From a virus (lineage: Duplodnaviria > Caudoviricetes), in the IMG/VR virus record IMGVR_UViG_3300030109_003433, positions 1 through 56,845 of that record: a stretch of 56,845 nucleotides of DNA, one strand, 5' to 3'. Below are positions 8,872-18,500 of this stretch, one piece after another. The stretch's first letter is position 1. Every line of letters begins with the position of its first letter. Both the position numbers and the translations under genes were made by a program. The notes below the pieces were generated by a model, which was given only the letters and a program-made list of their open reading frames with translations, was not told the origin of the DNA and made no database searches.

Positions 8872-11594
8872 TGAATCAATATCCAATGAAACCCTTGATG
8901 GATCAGATGGCACAGCATGGTCGGTATGGCGACTCAATGTTAGTCCACATGAATCCAGCAGAAGTGCGCGGGATCGCATCTTTAGCTCCGCAAGGGCAAT
9001 TAACAATAAACCCTGTGACAGGACAGCCAGAAGCATTTCTGCCATTCCTGGCTCCACTGCTTGGTTCTGCTTTAGGCACAACCTTTTTAGGTAGCACTCT
9101 TACAGGAGCTTTAGGTTCTACTTTAGGCACCGCAGTTGCTGGAGGAATAGGATCAGGACTTGCTACAGCGGCAGTGACAGGTGATTTGAAAAGAGGGCTA
9201 ATATCTGGATTGATTGGTGCTGGCACAGGTGCGGCATTTAAAGGTGCGGCAGATGCGTTTAAAGGCTCTCAAGCGGCGTTGGCAGATCAAGCTGTGGCAG
9301 ATGTAGCCTTAAAACAAGGGGTTGTAGAAGGTATAGGTAATATCCCTGGTCAAGGTGCAGGTGTTTTAGATGCGGGAGGAGAAATAGTACAAGGAACTGC
9401 TCTGCCCACCGAGCTAGCCGCCGCAAAAAGCGCGGCAGATGCGGCGGTTGCGGAGGCAGGTAGCAGTCCACTGCTAGCAGGAGCAAAGTCTTTTGGCACT
9501 GAAATGCTAGGAGCAAAAGCAATAGTTCCAACAGCTCTGGGTTATGGTCAGCTAGCTCAAATGGATTATGAAGATCAGATGCAAGCGGCTGGAATGCAAG
9601 TAGAAGAAGCAAGACAGGCGGAGCTTGCTGAGTCAGCAGGAAATCTTCAGAGAGCTTATGCCGCCGCACAACCAGGAGCAATGACAGGCCCAAGTCCTTA
9701 CAGAAATTATATGAGTGCTTACACTCCTGATTACAGTTACGCATCATCAGGTGGAATTGTTTCTCTAGCGGGAGGCGGTCAATTAAAAAAGTACCAAGCT
9801 GGCGGTGAGTTTGATCCAAAAGTATATGCTCAAAGTTTGCCAGCAGGTATTCGTGAAATATATTTAAAATCAAATACTGGCGGTTATGAATCTTTAACAG
9901 AAGAAGAAGCCGCCACGTTAAGTAATTACTATTCCTCTGCTGGAGCAGGCTTAATAGGGGGTAAAGGAGGAGCAATAAATGTTCCTCAAACAGGCACTCA
10001 AGGTGGACAAGATACAACTCCCCAAGAACCTCCGCCTCCAGCGTTACCAACATCTGGATACATGAGAGATCCTTATACAGGAGCTATTGTATACCTGGGA
10101 GGTACTAGACCTGGAGCGGGAACTCCTATGGAGCCTAAAGCGCAAGACTTTAGTGGTTACATGGGCGGTAAAGGCGGCATGAATATGATGACTGGAGGAG
10201 CGGGCAATCCTGCCTACGGCGGTATTGACCCTGTTACTATTCAGGCTAATCTTAGAGGTCAGTATGCAGTAACACCACCAAGAGGATATGCGTTAGGATT
10301 TGAGCCAGAGTTTAATTATTTTCAAAATGATCCTTTTGGCGTGGAAGTTCCTTACAGAGGATATTACCCTCAAGCATTCGGCCCTATGCAGAGCGGCCCA
10401 TACTTCCACTCAAGTATTAATATGCCTAACTACTTAAATCAGTTAGGAGATTATTACAGGACACTAGGGGAGCCTTCATTGCCTCCCCCTGTACAACCTC
10501 CTGTAGAACCTCTTGTGCAACCTCCTGTGGTTGATCCGGTACAACCTCCTGTTGTAGACACAACGCCACAAGGAGGTATTGACGATATTGTGGTAGGAAA
10601 TTATGAGGGCGGTGAAAGGCAGACTCCGCAAACTTTAACAGGAGATGATTTATATGAAACGTATATTACAAGAAGAGAGCTTGATAGACCAGGAAACATA
10701 TTTTACTACGATAACAAAGGAGATCTTGTTAGCGGCAGACCGCCTATAATTGGAAGAGCAAAAGATTCTAAGCCTGTTTACTATACAGTTGACCTTGCCC
10801 ACGAAGATGCAGAAGCATCATTTGCTAGCAAAAAACAGGCAATGGATTATATAAGAAATTTTTATGGTCATAAACGTAAAAAAGAAGAAACTGGAAGATC
10901 TGGCAGGTCTGCTAAACCCAAGGCATCTGCTGACAAACCTGTGCAAGAGGAACGTACAATTCCAGAACATATAAGAAGGGCGGCAGAAAGACAAGCCCAG
11001 CAAACAAACAGACCAACAGGAAGAGGACTATCCGTAACTGGTGCTTCTGGAAAGACTACATACTTTCAAGAAGGCGGAGATGTAACTTTAGAAACATCTC
11101 TTGGTGAAGTATCAACTCCTGCTGGTGGCATTGCTAATGTGGAGACAGAGTTTGTTAAACAGCAGGCACCAGAGTTAACAGAAACAGATAGGGATGTAAT
11201 TGTTCTTTCAGACGCAATACTTGGACGTATTGAAAATGCAGATATGGTTGTGGATATGTTTGTAAGAAAGTACGGAGTTGACGCTTTCTTACAGGTAAGA
11301 GATGCAGTTCTTTCGTCTGTAGTTCCAAACCCTCAAACGGAAGGTATGATTGAAGGAGAAGGAGGCGGCATGGACGATCAGGTCATGGGTATGATCGGAG
11401 ATCAACAGCCTGTCGCAGTATCGCCTGGAGAATATATTGTTCCAGCAGATGTTGTTTCTGGTTTAGGCGATGGAAGTTCTGATGCTGGTGCTGAAGAGCT
11501 GGATCAAATGCTAGATGACGTAAGAAGATCCAGGCAAAATGGAGACATTAGACAGCCTAAGCCTATTCAATCCCAGGAGGTGATGCCATCATGA
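8871..11594 (+). CDS. Internal virion/ejection protein (907 aa)
   Basis: GRYGDSMLVHMNP..INPVTGQPEAF N-terminus, Gly/Ala hydrophobic stretch, C-terminal G.GGGMDD..VSPGEYIVPADVV. Confidence 0.65.
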   Translation: MNQYPMKPLMDQMAQHGRYGDSMLVHMNPAEVRGIASLAPQGQLTINPVTGQPEAFLPFLAPLLGSALGTTFLGSTLTGALGSTLGTAVAGGIGSGLATAAVTGDLKRGLISGLIGAGTGAAFKGAADAFKGSQAALADQAVADVALKQGVVEGIGNIPGQGAGVLDAGGEIVQGTALPTELAAAKSAADAAVAEAGSSPLLAGAKSFGTEMLGAKAIVPTALGYGQLAQMDYEDQMQAAGMQVEEARQAELAESAGNLQRAYAAAQPGAMTGPSPYRNYMSAYTPDYSYASSGGIVSLAGGGQLKKYQAGGEFDPKVYAQSLPAGIREIYLKSNTGGYESLTEEEAATLSNYYSSAGAGLIGGKGGAINVPQTGTQGGQDTTPQEPPPPALPTSGYMRDPYTGAIVYLGGTRPGAGTPMEPKAQDFSGYMGGKGGMNMMTGGAGNPAYGGIDPVTIQANLRGQYAVTPPRGYALGFEPEFNYFQNDPFGVEVPYRGYYPQAFGPMQSGPYFHSSINMPNYLNQLGDYYRTLGEPSLPPPVQPPVEPLVQPPVVDPVQPPVVDTTPQGGIDDIVVGNYEGGERQTPQTLTGDDLYETYITRRELDRPGNIFYYDNKGDLVSGRPPIIGRAKDSKPVYYTVDLAHEDAEASFASKKQAMDYIRNFYGHKRKKEETGRSGRSAKPKASADKPVQEERTIPEHIRRAAERQAQQTNRPTGRGLSVTGASGKTTYFQEGGDVTLETSLGEVSTPAGGIANVETEFVKQQAPELTETDRDVIVLSDAILGRIENADMVVDMFVRKYGVDAFLQVRDAVLSSVVPNPQTEGMIEGEGGGMDDQVMGMIGDQQPVAVSPGEYIVPADVVSGLGDGSSDAGAEELDQMLDDVRRSRQNGDIRQPKPIQSQEVMPS

Positions 11595-12064
11595 ACTCAG
11601 CAACAGTCCATGAAATAACAGAAACAAAAGATTCCGTTAAGCACACGATAAGCCTTGTTCCTATGGATCATTGTTCAACAATATGGAATCAAGTTAGGGT
11701 TCATTTTGTTGAGGCGATAGAAAGATCAAATGGAAGGTGGTCTTTGGAACACTTGTTAGCATCGTTTGTGTCTGGGCAATATCAGCTTTGGATAGCTTAT
11801 AATGAGGACAAAACCATCAACGGTGCTTTGGCAACTCAGATTGTTGGTTATCCTTGCAAAGCTAACCTAGCCATGCACTTCATAGGCGGTACAGGGTTTG
11901 ATGATTGGTATCCAGACCTATTAAAAGAAATAAGTATATTTGCTAAGGAATCTGGATGCAGTGGTTTAGAGGGTGTTGCAAGAAAAGGATTTTGGAAATG
12001 GTTAAAAGATGACGGGTTTACTAAAGAAGTTCCGTTTTATGAAAAGGAGCTAAGCGATGTCTAA
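11591..12064 (+). CDS. Hypothetical protein, possible GNAT-like fold
   Basis: LWIA..GALATQ..FIGG..GC.GLEGVARKGF; position among ejection genes. Confidence 0.55.
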   Translation: MNSATVHEITETKDSVKHTISLVPMDHCSTIWNQVRVHFVEAIERSNGRWSLEHLLASFVSGQYQLWIAYNEDKTINGALATQIVGYPCKANLAMHFIGGTGFDDWYPDLLKEISIFAKESGCSGLEGVARKGFWKWLKDDGFTKEVPFYEKELSDV

Positions 12065-13040
12065 AGGTGGAAGCGCACCAGCACACACAACATCAACCGT
12101 AACACAAAGCACTCTCCCAGAGTACGCGGCACCTTATTTCAAAGACCTGCTGGTAAGAACAGGTTATGAAAGTGCGGTTCCTTACACTCCGTACCCTGGT
12201 CAGAGGCTGGCTTACTTGGGGCCGCAAGAGCAAGAGGCAATGAATAGGCTAACATCATTAGGAGTTAGCGGCACATTACCGGAAGTTGAGGCGGCTACCG
12301 CAATAGCGGGGCAGGTAGGGGCAGAGAGTCCTTATGTTCCTAATATGTTAAGAGCCACTCAGATTTCACAGGGAATGCCTGGTTTAGCCACTCCTGGTTT
12401 GATGGGTATGTATATGAACCCATATCAACAATATGTAACTGACATAGCTACGAGAGAGGCTAGAAGGCAGTCAGATATTCAAGGTGCAAAACTAGGCTTG
12501 GATGCGGCTAAATCTGGGAGTTTAGGTGGATATCGTGAAGGTATAATGCAAGCCGAAAGAGAAAGAAACCTAGCTCAACAGCTAGGCGACATTCAGATGA
12601 GAGGATCATCTCAGGCTTTTGATGATGCAAGAAAGGCTTACGAGGCAGACAGGGCGGCGGCTAATAGAGCCGCACAGTTAGCCCAGTCCACTTATGGACA
12701 GTTGCTTTCTGGAGACAGGCAAAGGTTGGAAGCGGCTCAGTCATTAAGAGAAGCGGCGGCACAAAAACAGAAGATGGAGCTAGAAAGACTAAGACAGTTG
12801 CAGGCATCAGGACAGGTGGAGCGAGAACTGTATCAGCGCGGTCTTGATATGGGTTATGCGGATTTCCTTAGACAGCAGGCGTATCCAAAAGAACAGCTAG
12901 CTTTTTACAGTTCAATGTTAAAAGGACTAGATATAAGACCAGGCGAGATACAGACATCTTACGGTGTTGGCCCTAGCACCACACAGCAACTATTAGGATC
13001 AGGCATTGCTGGTGTTGGTTTATATAAGGCTTTGGTATAA
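12057..13040 (+). CDS. DNA transfer/pilot-like internal protein
   Basis: MSKGG..T-rich start, YMNPY, Gln/Ala coiled coil, Gly-rich hydrophobic C-terminus. Confidence 0.6.
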   Translation: MSKGGSAPAHTTSTVTQSTLPEYAAPYFKDLLVRTGYESAVPYTPYPGQRLAYLGPQEQEAMNRLTSLGVSGTLPEVEAATAIAGQVGAESPYVPNMLRATQISQGMPGLATPGLMGMYMNPYQQYVTDIATREARRQSDIQGAKLGLDAAKSGSLGGYREGIMQAERERNLAQQLGDIQMRGSSQAFDDARKAYEADRAAANRAAQLAQSTYGQLLSGDRQRLEAAQSLREAAAQKQKMELERLRQLQASGQVERELYQRGLDMGYADFLRQQAYPKEQLAFYSSMLKGLDIRPGEIQTSYGVGPSTTQQLLGSGIAGVGLYKALV

Positions 13041-13062
13041 AGATTATTAGTGGAGGCAAGGC

Positions 13063-15543
13063 ATGATTGGTAAACCCAATTTATTAGAGGCAGAGGATAT
13101 AGTAAAAAGTTTGCCTGATATGCAGTTGATGCAGGTGGTTCAGAATCCTAGCGGAGATATACCTCAGTTTTTAGCTGTTTCTGAGATACAACGCAGAACA
13201 AAAATGCGTAAAGATTACGAGGCTCAAATGGCAGATGTGCCGCAGGCTACAGTTTCAGAACAAGTAGTTCAAGAAGGTATTGCTGGTCTGATGCCGCCTG
13301 CTATGCCTACTCAAATGCAAATGACCCCTCAGATGCCTCCACAAATGCCTCAGCAGGCAATGCCTGTTGAGATGCCTACAATGCAACCAGAGATGAGAAT
13401 GGCTCAGGGTGGCGTTGTAAGAATGCAGAACATGGGTCAGGTTCCCACGCTTAGGGAGCTTCGGTCATTATATCCAAACCTAACCAGAGAAGAGCTTTAT
13501 GAGCTTGCAAGGTCGCAAGGTATTGATGTTCCTTTTGCTTTGTCTGATGCTATCAGAAATATAAATCTACCTGATGTTAGCCTTCCTGATTACACGGAGT
13601 TTTATGATCTGCGGGACAGGAGTGAGGGATTAGATCAGCGTGAGGTTTACGAAAGAGCTAGAGAGCTAGGCATTGACAGCCCTCAGCCAGCTTACACCCA
13701 GGTAAGAGACCTGGCTTCTGACATTGGTTCGGCGGTTAGTGGAGGTGTCGAGTCTGTAAGAGAGCTACCAGGAGACATTGGATCGGGTATCGCATCGCTT
13801 ACTTCAAGAGGAAAGGATTACCTGTCAGATAAATTATCTGAAGTAAGTATGCCAGATTTTTCAAACCCCCTATCTAATGTAAGAATACCAGAATTTCCTA
13901 ACGTAAGAATTCCTGATGCCCCCACATTCCGCATCCCTGATGCCCCTACGTTTGATATTCCCAGTCCTGGTGATATATATGATCGCACAAAGGATGCTAT
14001 GCCAGATTTTTCAAATCCCCTGTCTAACGTCAGGTTGCCATCCATGCCAGATGTGTCTATTTCAGATATAAGGCGTTTAATTCCTGACTCCATAGCTGAT
14101 ACAGAATTTGAAAATCCTTTTGCCAGAATAACTTCAGACACTTCGTATGCAGATTATCTTCGTAATGCGGTGAAAAATCTTAGGCAAGGACTTCCTGAAA
14201 TTCCAAGTGAGGGGGTCACTCTGCCAGATATTATTCAGGCTGGTGCAATGATTCCCGCCTCTATGGAAGGACTTGGAAGAGTGGGAGAATCTGTGGCATC
14301 AACAGCCAAAGATGTGGGTGGTAGTATTTATGACTCTGTAGCTGGCGGAGTTAGATCAGCGGTTGATCCGTTGTCGGAGTATTTGGGTGAAAAAGGCAGG
14401 ACTATTTCACGCGATTTTGAAAAAGGTACAGCCAGAGGTATTGGGTCTCTTATCGGTGAGGTAGTTCAAACTCCGTTTGAAGGACTAGGAGCTTATGGAA
14501 GGATGGCATTGCGTGAATCACGCGAAGGAATAGGGCGTAGGCAGGATTTCCTAAAAGGCTTGTTAGGATTGGGATCTGATGATGACATCCCTGGTGATGC
14601 CCGTGTTCAGGCATTGAAGAGCGTGGAAAAGCAAGCAAGACCTAAAGCAGAAACTATTATTGACGACATAATTCAAGCTCCTGGTGATATGGCAGGATTG
14701 CCTAGAGTTCAAGCAGACAAATCCATAATTCCTTTACGGGTTCCTACTCCTCCTATGCCAACCACGCCAGGAGAAATCTTGAGTCCTGATGCTGTTGCGG
14801 CTAGACAAGCTAAGCTGATAGAAATGGAAGCCAAGAGAAAAACTTTAGAGGGAGAAGGAAAGAAAGAGTCTGCTACTCCTGAAGTAAAAACGACTGGCAA
14901 GACTTCTGGAGATGTTGCGAGAGGATCGTATGAGGCTAAGTTACTAGAGCTACTCGGCAAACAAACAGAAGTTCCATCATACGATGACATCATTAAAGAA
15001 ACTAAGGATGAAGCACTGAGCAGTGCGTTGATAGCCTTGGGTTCGGGTATTGCTAGTGGTGACATAGGCGGAGGAATCAGAACCGCAGGAGAAGCCGCAC
15101 TAGCCCAGAAGCAGAAAGCAAGAGAGCTAGCAAGGGAGCAAGAGATAGCCCAGGCAGAAGCAAGACGAGGTGATATTTCCAGGCAGATTGAAGGCGTGTC
15201 GGCGTTGGCACAGTTGCAGTCCAAGAAGGATTTAGCTAGGGAAGAGCTGGCTCAACAAAATGTGTTAAAGAGGCTTGGGTTTGACGTTGAAAAAGAGCTG
15301 GCAGAAGAAAGAAGGAATTTAGACAAAGAACTTGAGCAGAATAAGGATATCAGAAGTCAAAGAAATTTTGTGGCAGATCAATTAGCTTTAGTTACTAACC
15401 GGATGGATAGCCTGCTAGCTACTGGGAGGGAGAATGAGCCTGAGTACGCGAGACTAGGAATTAGACTGAAAACTCTTCAAGAACGAGCAGATATTTTAAA
15501 TGTCGATTACTCCAATTATAGCGTTAATCCGAAACAAAATTAA
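13063..15543 (+). CDS. Internal virion/ejection protein (826 aa) with internal repeats
   Basis: GGAGG SD; Met/Pro/Gln tract; MPDFSNPLSNVR x2; coiled C-terminus. Confidence 0.65.
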   Translation: MIGKPNLLEAEDIVKSLPDMQLMQVVQNPSGDIPQFLAVSEIQRRTKMRKDYEAQMADVPQATVSEQVVQEGIAGLMPPAMPTQMQMTPQMPPQMPQQAMPVEMPTMQPEMRMAQGGVVRMQNMGQVPTLRELRSLYPNLTREELYELARSQGIDVPFALSDAIRNINLPDVSLPDYTEFYDLRDRSEGLDQREVYERARELGIDSPQPAYTQVRDLASDIGSAVSGGVESVRELPGDIGSGIASLTSRGKDYLSDKLSEVSMPDFSNPLSNVRIPEFPNVRIPDAPTFRIPDAPTFDIPSPGDIYDRTKDAMPDFSNPLSNVRLPSMPDVSISDIRRLIPDSIADTEFENPFARITSDTSYADYLRNAVKNLRQGLPEIPSEGVTLPDIIQAGAMIPASMEGLGRVGESVASTAKDVGGSIYDSVAGGVRSAVDPLSEYLGEKGRTISRDFEKGTARGIGSLIGEVVQTPFEGLGAYGRMALRESREGIGRRQDFLKGLLGLGSDDDIPGDARVQALKSVEKQARPKAETIIDDIIQAPGDMAGLPRVQADKSIIPLRVPTPPMPTTPGEILSPDAVAARQAKLIEMEAKRKTLEGEGKKESATPEVKTTGKTSGDVARGSYEAKLLELLGKQTEVPSYDDIIKETKDEALSSALIALGSGIASGDIGGGIRTAGEAALAQKQKARELAREQEIAQAEARRGDISRQIEGVSALAQLQSKKDLAREELAQQNVLKRLGFDVEKELAEERRNLDKELEQNKDIRSQRNFVADQLALVTNRMDSLLATGRENEPEYARLGIRLKTLQERADILNVDYSNYSVNPKQN

Positions 15544-15558
15544 TAGCAGGACATATTA

Positions 15559-18500
15559 ATGCCGACAACAACAGTCACTCGTCCTGATGGTTCTACCCTG
15601 GATATAACACATCCAGAAGGTGCTTCTGAGCAAAATATACTCAGGTTTGCCGCGTATCAAGACAGCCTGGCTATGGCTGAGGAAGATCCATATCCTTTGG
15701 TAGAGGAAGAGGAGGAGGAAGAGGAGGAAACCAGCACCTTTGGTGCTATAGGAGAAGGTCTCAAGCGAGTACCAGGCGAGGCATTTTCCACTATTACTCG
15801 TATTGGCACAGGAGCGGGACAATATTTTTCAGAGCTTCTGGATGACGATGAGGAAGAAAGGCTAGAAGATACGTTGCTTGAAACTCAGCGGGGCTTGGAT
15901 GAAAAGAAGAAGAGCTTCCTGGGATACGATGAAGATTATGATGATAGCACAATCACTCAGGTTCTTGGAGCTGTAGGTTCTACGGTACCATTTATAGGTG
16001 CTGGCATTGTCGGTGCCACTGTGGGATTGCCAGTTGCGGCAACCACAGCGGTTGTCGCTGGACTGGGAGCATTAACCTATGGTGCCATAGGAGCGGAGGA
16101 TAGAGCAGAGACCGAAGCCAGAACTGGAGTAAAGTTAACGGATGCCCAGGAAAATCAGGCTAAGTTTGCTAATGCGGCTATTGGATCGCTAGAAGGTTTA
16201 GGCGCACCTTTCAGGATTTTACGAAGAATACCTTCCAAAGTGTTTAAAGGCCCAGGCGGAAAAGAGATTGAGAGCAGGTTCAAGGAAGCGATTGATAGTG
16301 GTATTGCGGAGGGTAGTCAGGAAGCGGCGGCTAGTCTCGTAAGTGATCTTGCGGCTAAAGGAATATATGACCCAGACAGGGATATATTTACCGTTGGTAA
16401 GGCAGGAGATTATTTTGAAGAAGGAATTATTGGAGGTGGAGCAGGTTTTATATCTGATGTATTCCTTGGCGGCATAGGCAGAAGAAAGGCTTTATCAGAC
16501 TCTGAAAAGATTCAAGAGTTTGAAGATAGTAAATTAGATGCAGAGGAAGTTGAAGCTGGAAATGCTAATGCGATGCTGGCAGGACAGGCAGAAGAGCCAA
16601 CTATAGATCCAGCTCAAGGCACAATGCCTTATATAGATGCCGATCCTGTTGAGATAGATGATAGTGCAGACGGCACAGCAATAAGGTTTCCCTTTAACGA
16701 TCCTTTAAAGGCAAGAGCTTCAGGGATTGCCAGAAAAATGGGAGAGTCATTTCCCGTTGATGAAGAATTTACGGTTGTCTCTGGTGCTTCGGAGGGAGAA
16801 AGAGCAGGTCGGAGACAACGCCTCACTGAAGAGGGAGATTCTTTCCTTGTTGAAAAGTATACGCAAGAGCTAGATACCGATGCGGTTGACACGGCAACTC
16901 TTGAAAAAGCCCGTGAGACTTACGAGGGTGATGAGCAGAAAGCTAGAGATGCCTATGTAAGTGAAAAAGTTCAACAAGAAAAAGATTCTTTGCTCGATGA
17001 CACTCAGCAAAAATACAATATAACATCTCAGGAATATGTGGTCGTAGACTCAAAAGGTACACGATACGGCCCTAAGCTCAATGATATAAACGATGCCATT
17101 AATTTAGCAGGCAGTCTCAAAGAGTCGGGTATTAGTGAAGCCGCCCAGAGAGATGCTAAAGAAATGATTGACCTGTCCATGAAAGAAACAGGCATTCAGT
17201 ATGACGGAAATCAAATACAAAATCTTCTTAGCATAGCAAGAAGAATATTCTCTCCTTATCAGAAAACCTACAATTCAGAACAAGTGGATTACGCGGCAGA
17301 TACAGTTGCGGCTACTGGGTATATTCATCAGGGTCTGACAGCCAAGCAAGCACAAGAAAAAAATATCAAACCAAAAGACATGACCGCCTCTCAGAAAATA
17401 AATAGAGACCGCCTTAAAAGAGGACTGCCTGAGACTAATACGTTTACCTTGAAAGAGATAAGAAAGGCGTTAGGTCAGGATGTTGGAGACCTCTACCTGG
17501 TAGAAAGCGGAGCAGGAGAAAGACTTACCTATGAAGCTATTCAATATAAGAAGACGGAGAAGAGCAAGCCTCGAATAGCCATAGTTGGAAAAAATAAATA
17601 CGGGGAAATAAAAACAGAGCCTATTCTTGATCGTCCCTTAAACAATGAAGAAGAGCGTCAGCGAGTTGCTGGGTCTGGTAAGAACATAAAGTATAATGTC
17701 AAAACCAGAAAAAGAATACCTTTTATAAATCTATCTGATGCCACAAAACTAGCATCAGAGATGAACCAAAAAAGAGGGTTGCACTTCCCTGCGATGATGA
17801 GAGGGAAGCAACCCAAGGCAACAGAAAAACGCTTTAATGATTTGTTGCAGAGCAAAAACATTGAGGACAATATAAACTCTCCAGCTATTAGAAGCATGGT
17901 GTCTAGGTTTATAGGTAGAACGCTAAGGCGAGATCAGACTAATACGTTTAACAATCTTACTGAAAGCGAGAAAAAATTATTATTTGTTAAGCTCAATCAA
18001 CTACCAGAATTTGATGTACCAACGAAACTTCCCGTCTTTAGTTTAAAGCCTGTAGAAAAAGCAAAACAGCAAAGGTCAACAGAAACAGATACGCTTGGGT
18101 TGCCTGACCCTGTGCAGTTTGAAAGCAGAGATGATGTTGCTGTCTTAGATAAACAAAGACAAAGCGACATTAAGAAAGAAGTTAACAAGGTTGTTGAAAC
18201 AGTAGAGGCTAAGAAGGTTGATGAGATAGGGCAGGCTACAGTTGCGGCTGGCCCTTTAGCGAATATAAACAGGTCTGACTATGTTGACAACGTAGAGGAA
18301 ATAAGTTCGTTTGAGACACCTTCTACTACGGTACCAGGAAGGATAGGCAAAAACTTTATATTCCAGGTGGCAGACAAGCTAGTAGGACTGAAAGACATTG
18401 TTGCATCAATCAACAAGTCAAGGGCGGCTAAAGGCATTGACCCTATAAAAGATACTGAAGACCCATATATTGGGGAAGAGTTGCTTGCAGGTAAAATGGG

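Noticed and set aside
9259-10053. Long antisense ORFs (this one, 14709-15224, 51562-52167 and similar)
   Set aside because: Shadows of strongly coding plus-strand genes; no SD or recognisable motifs
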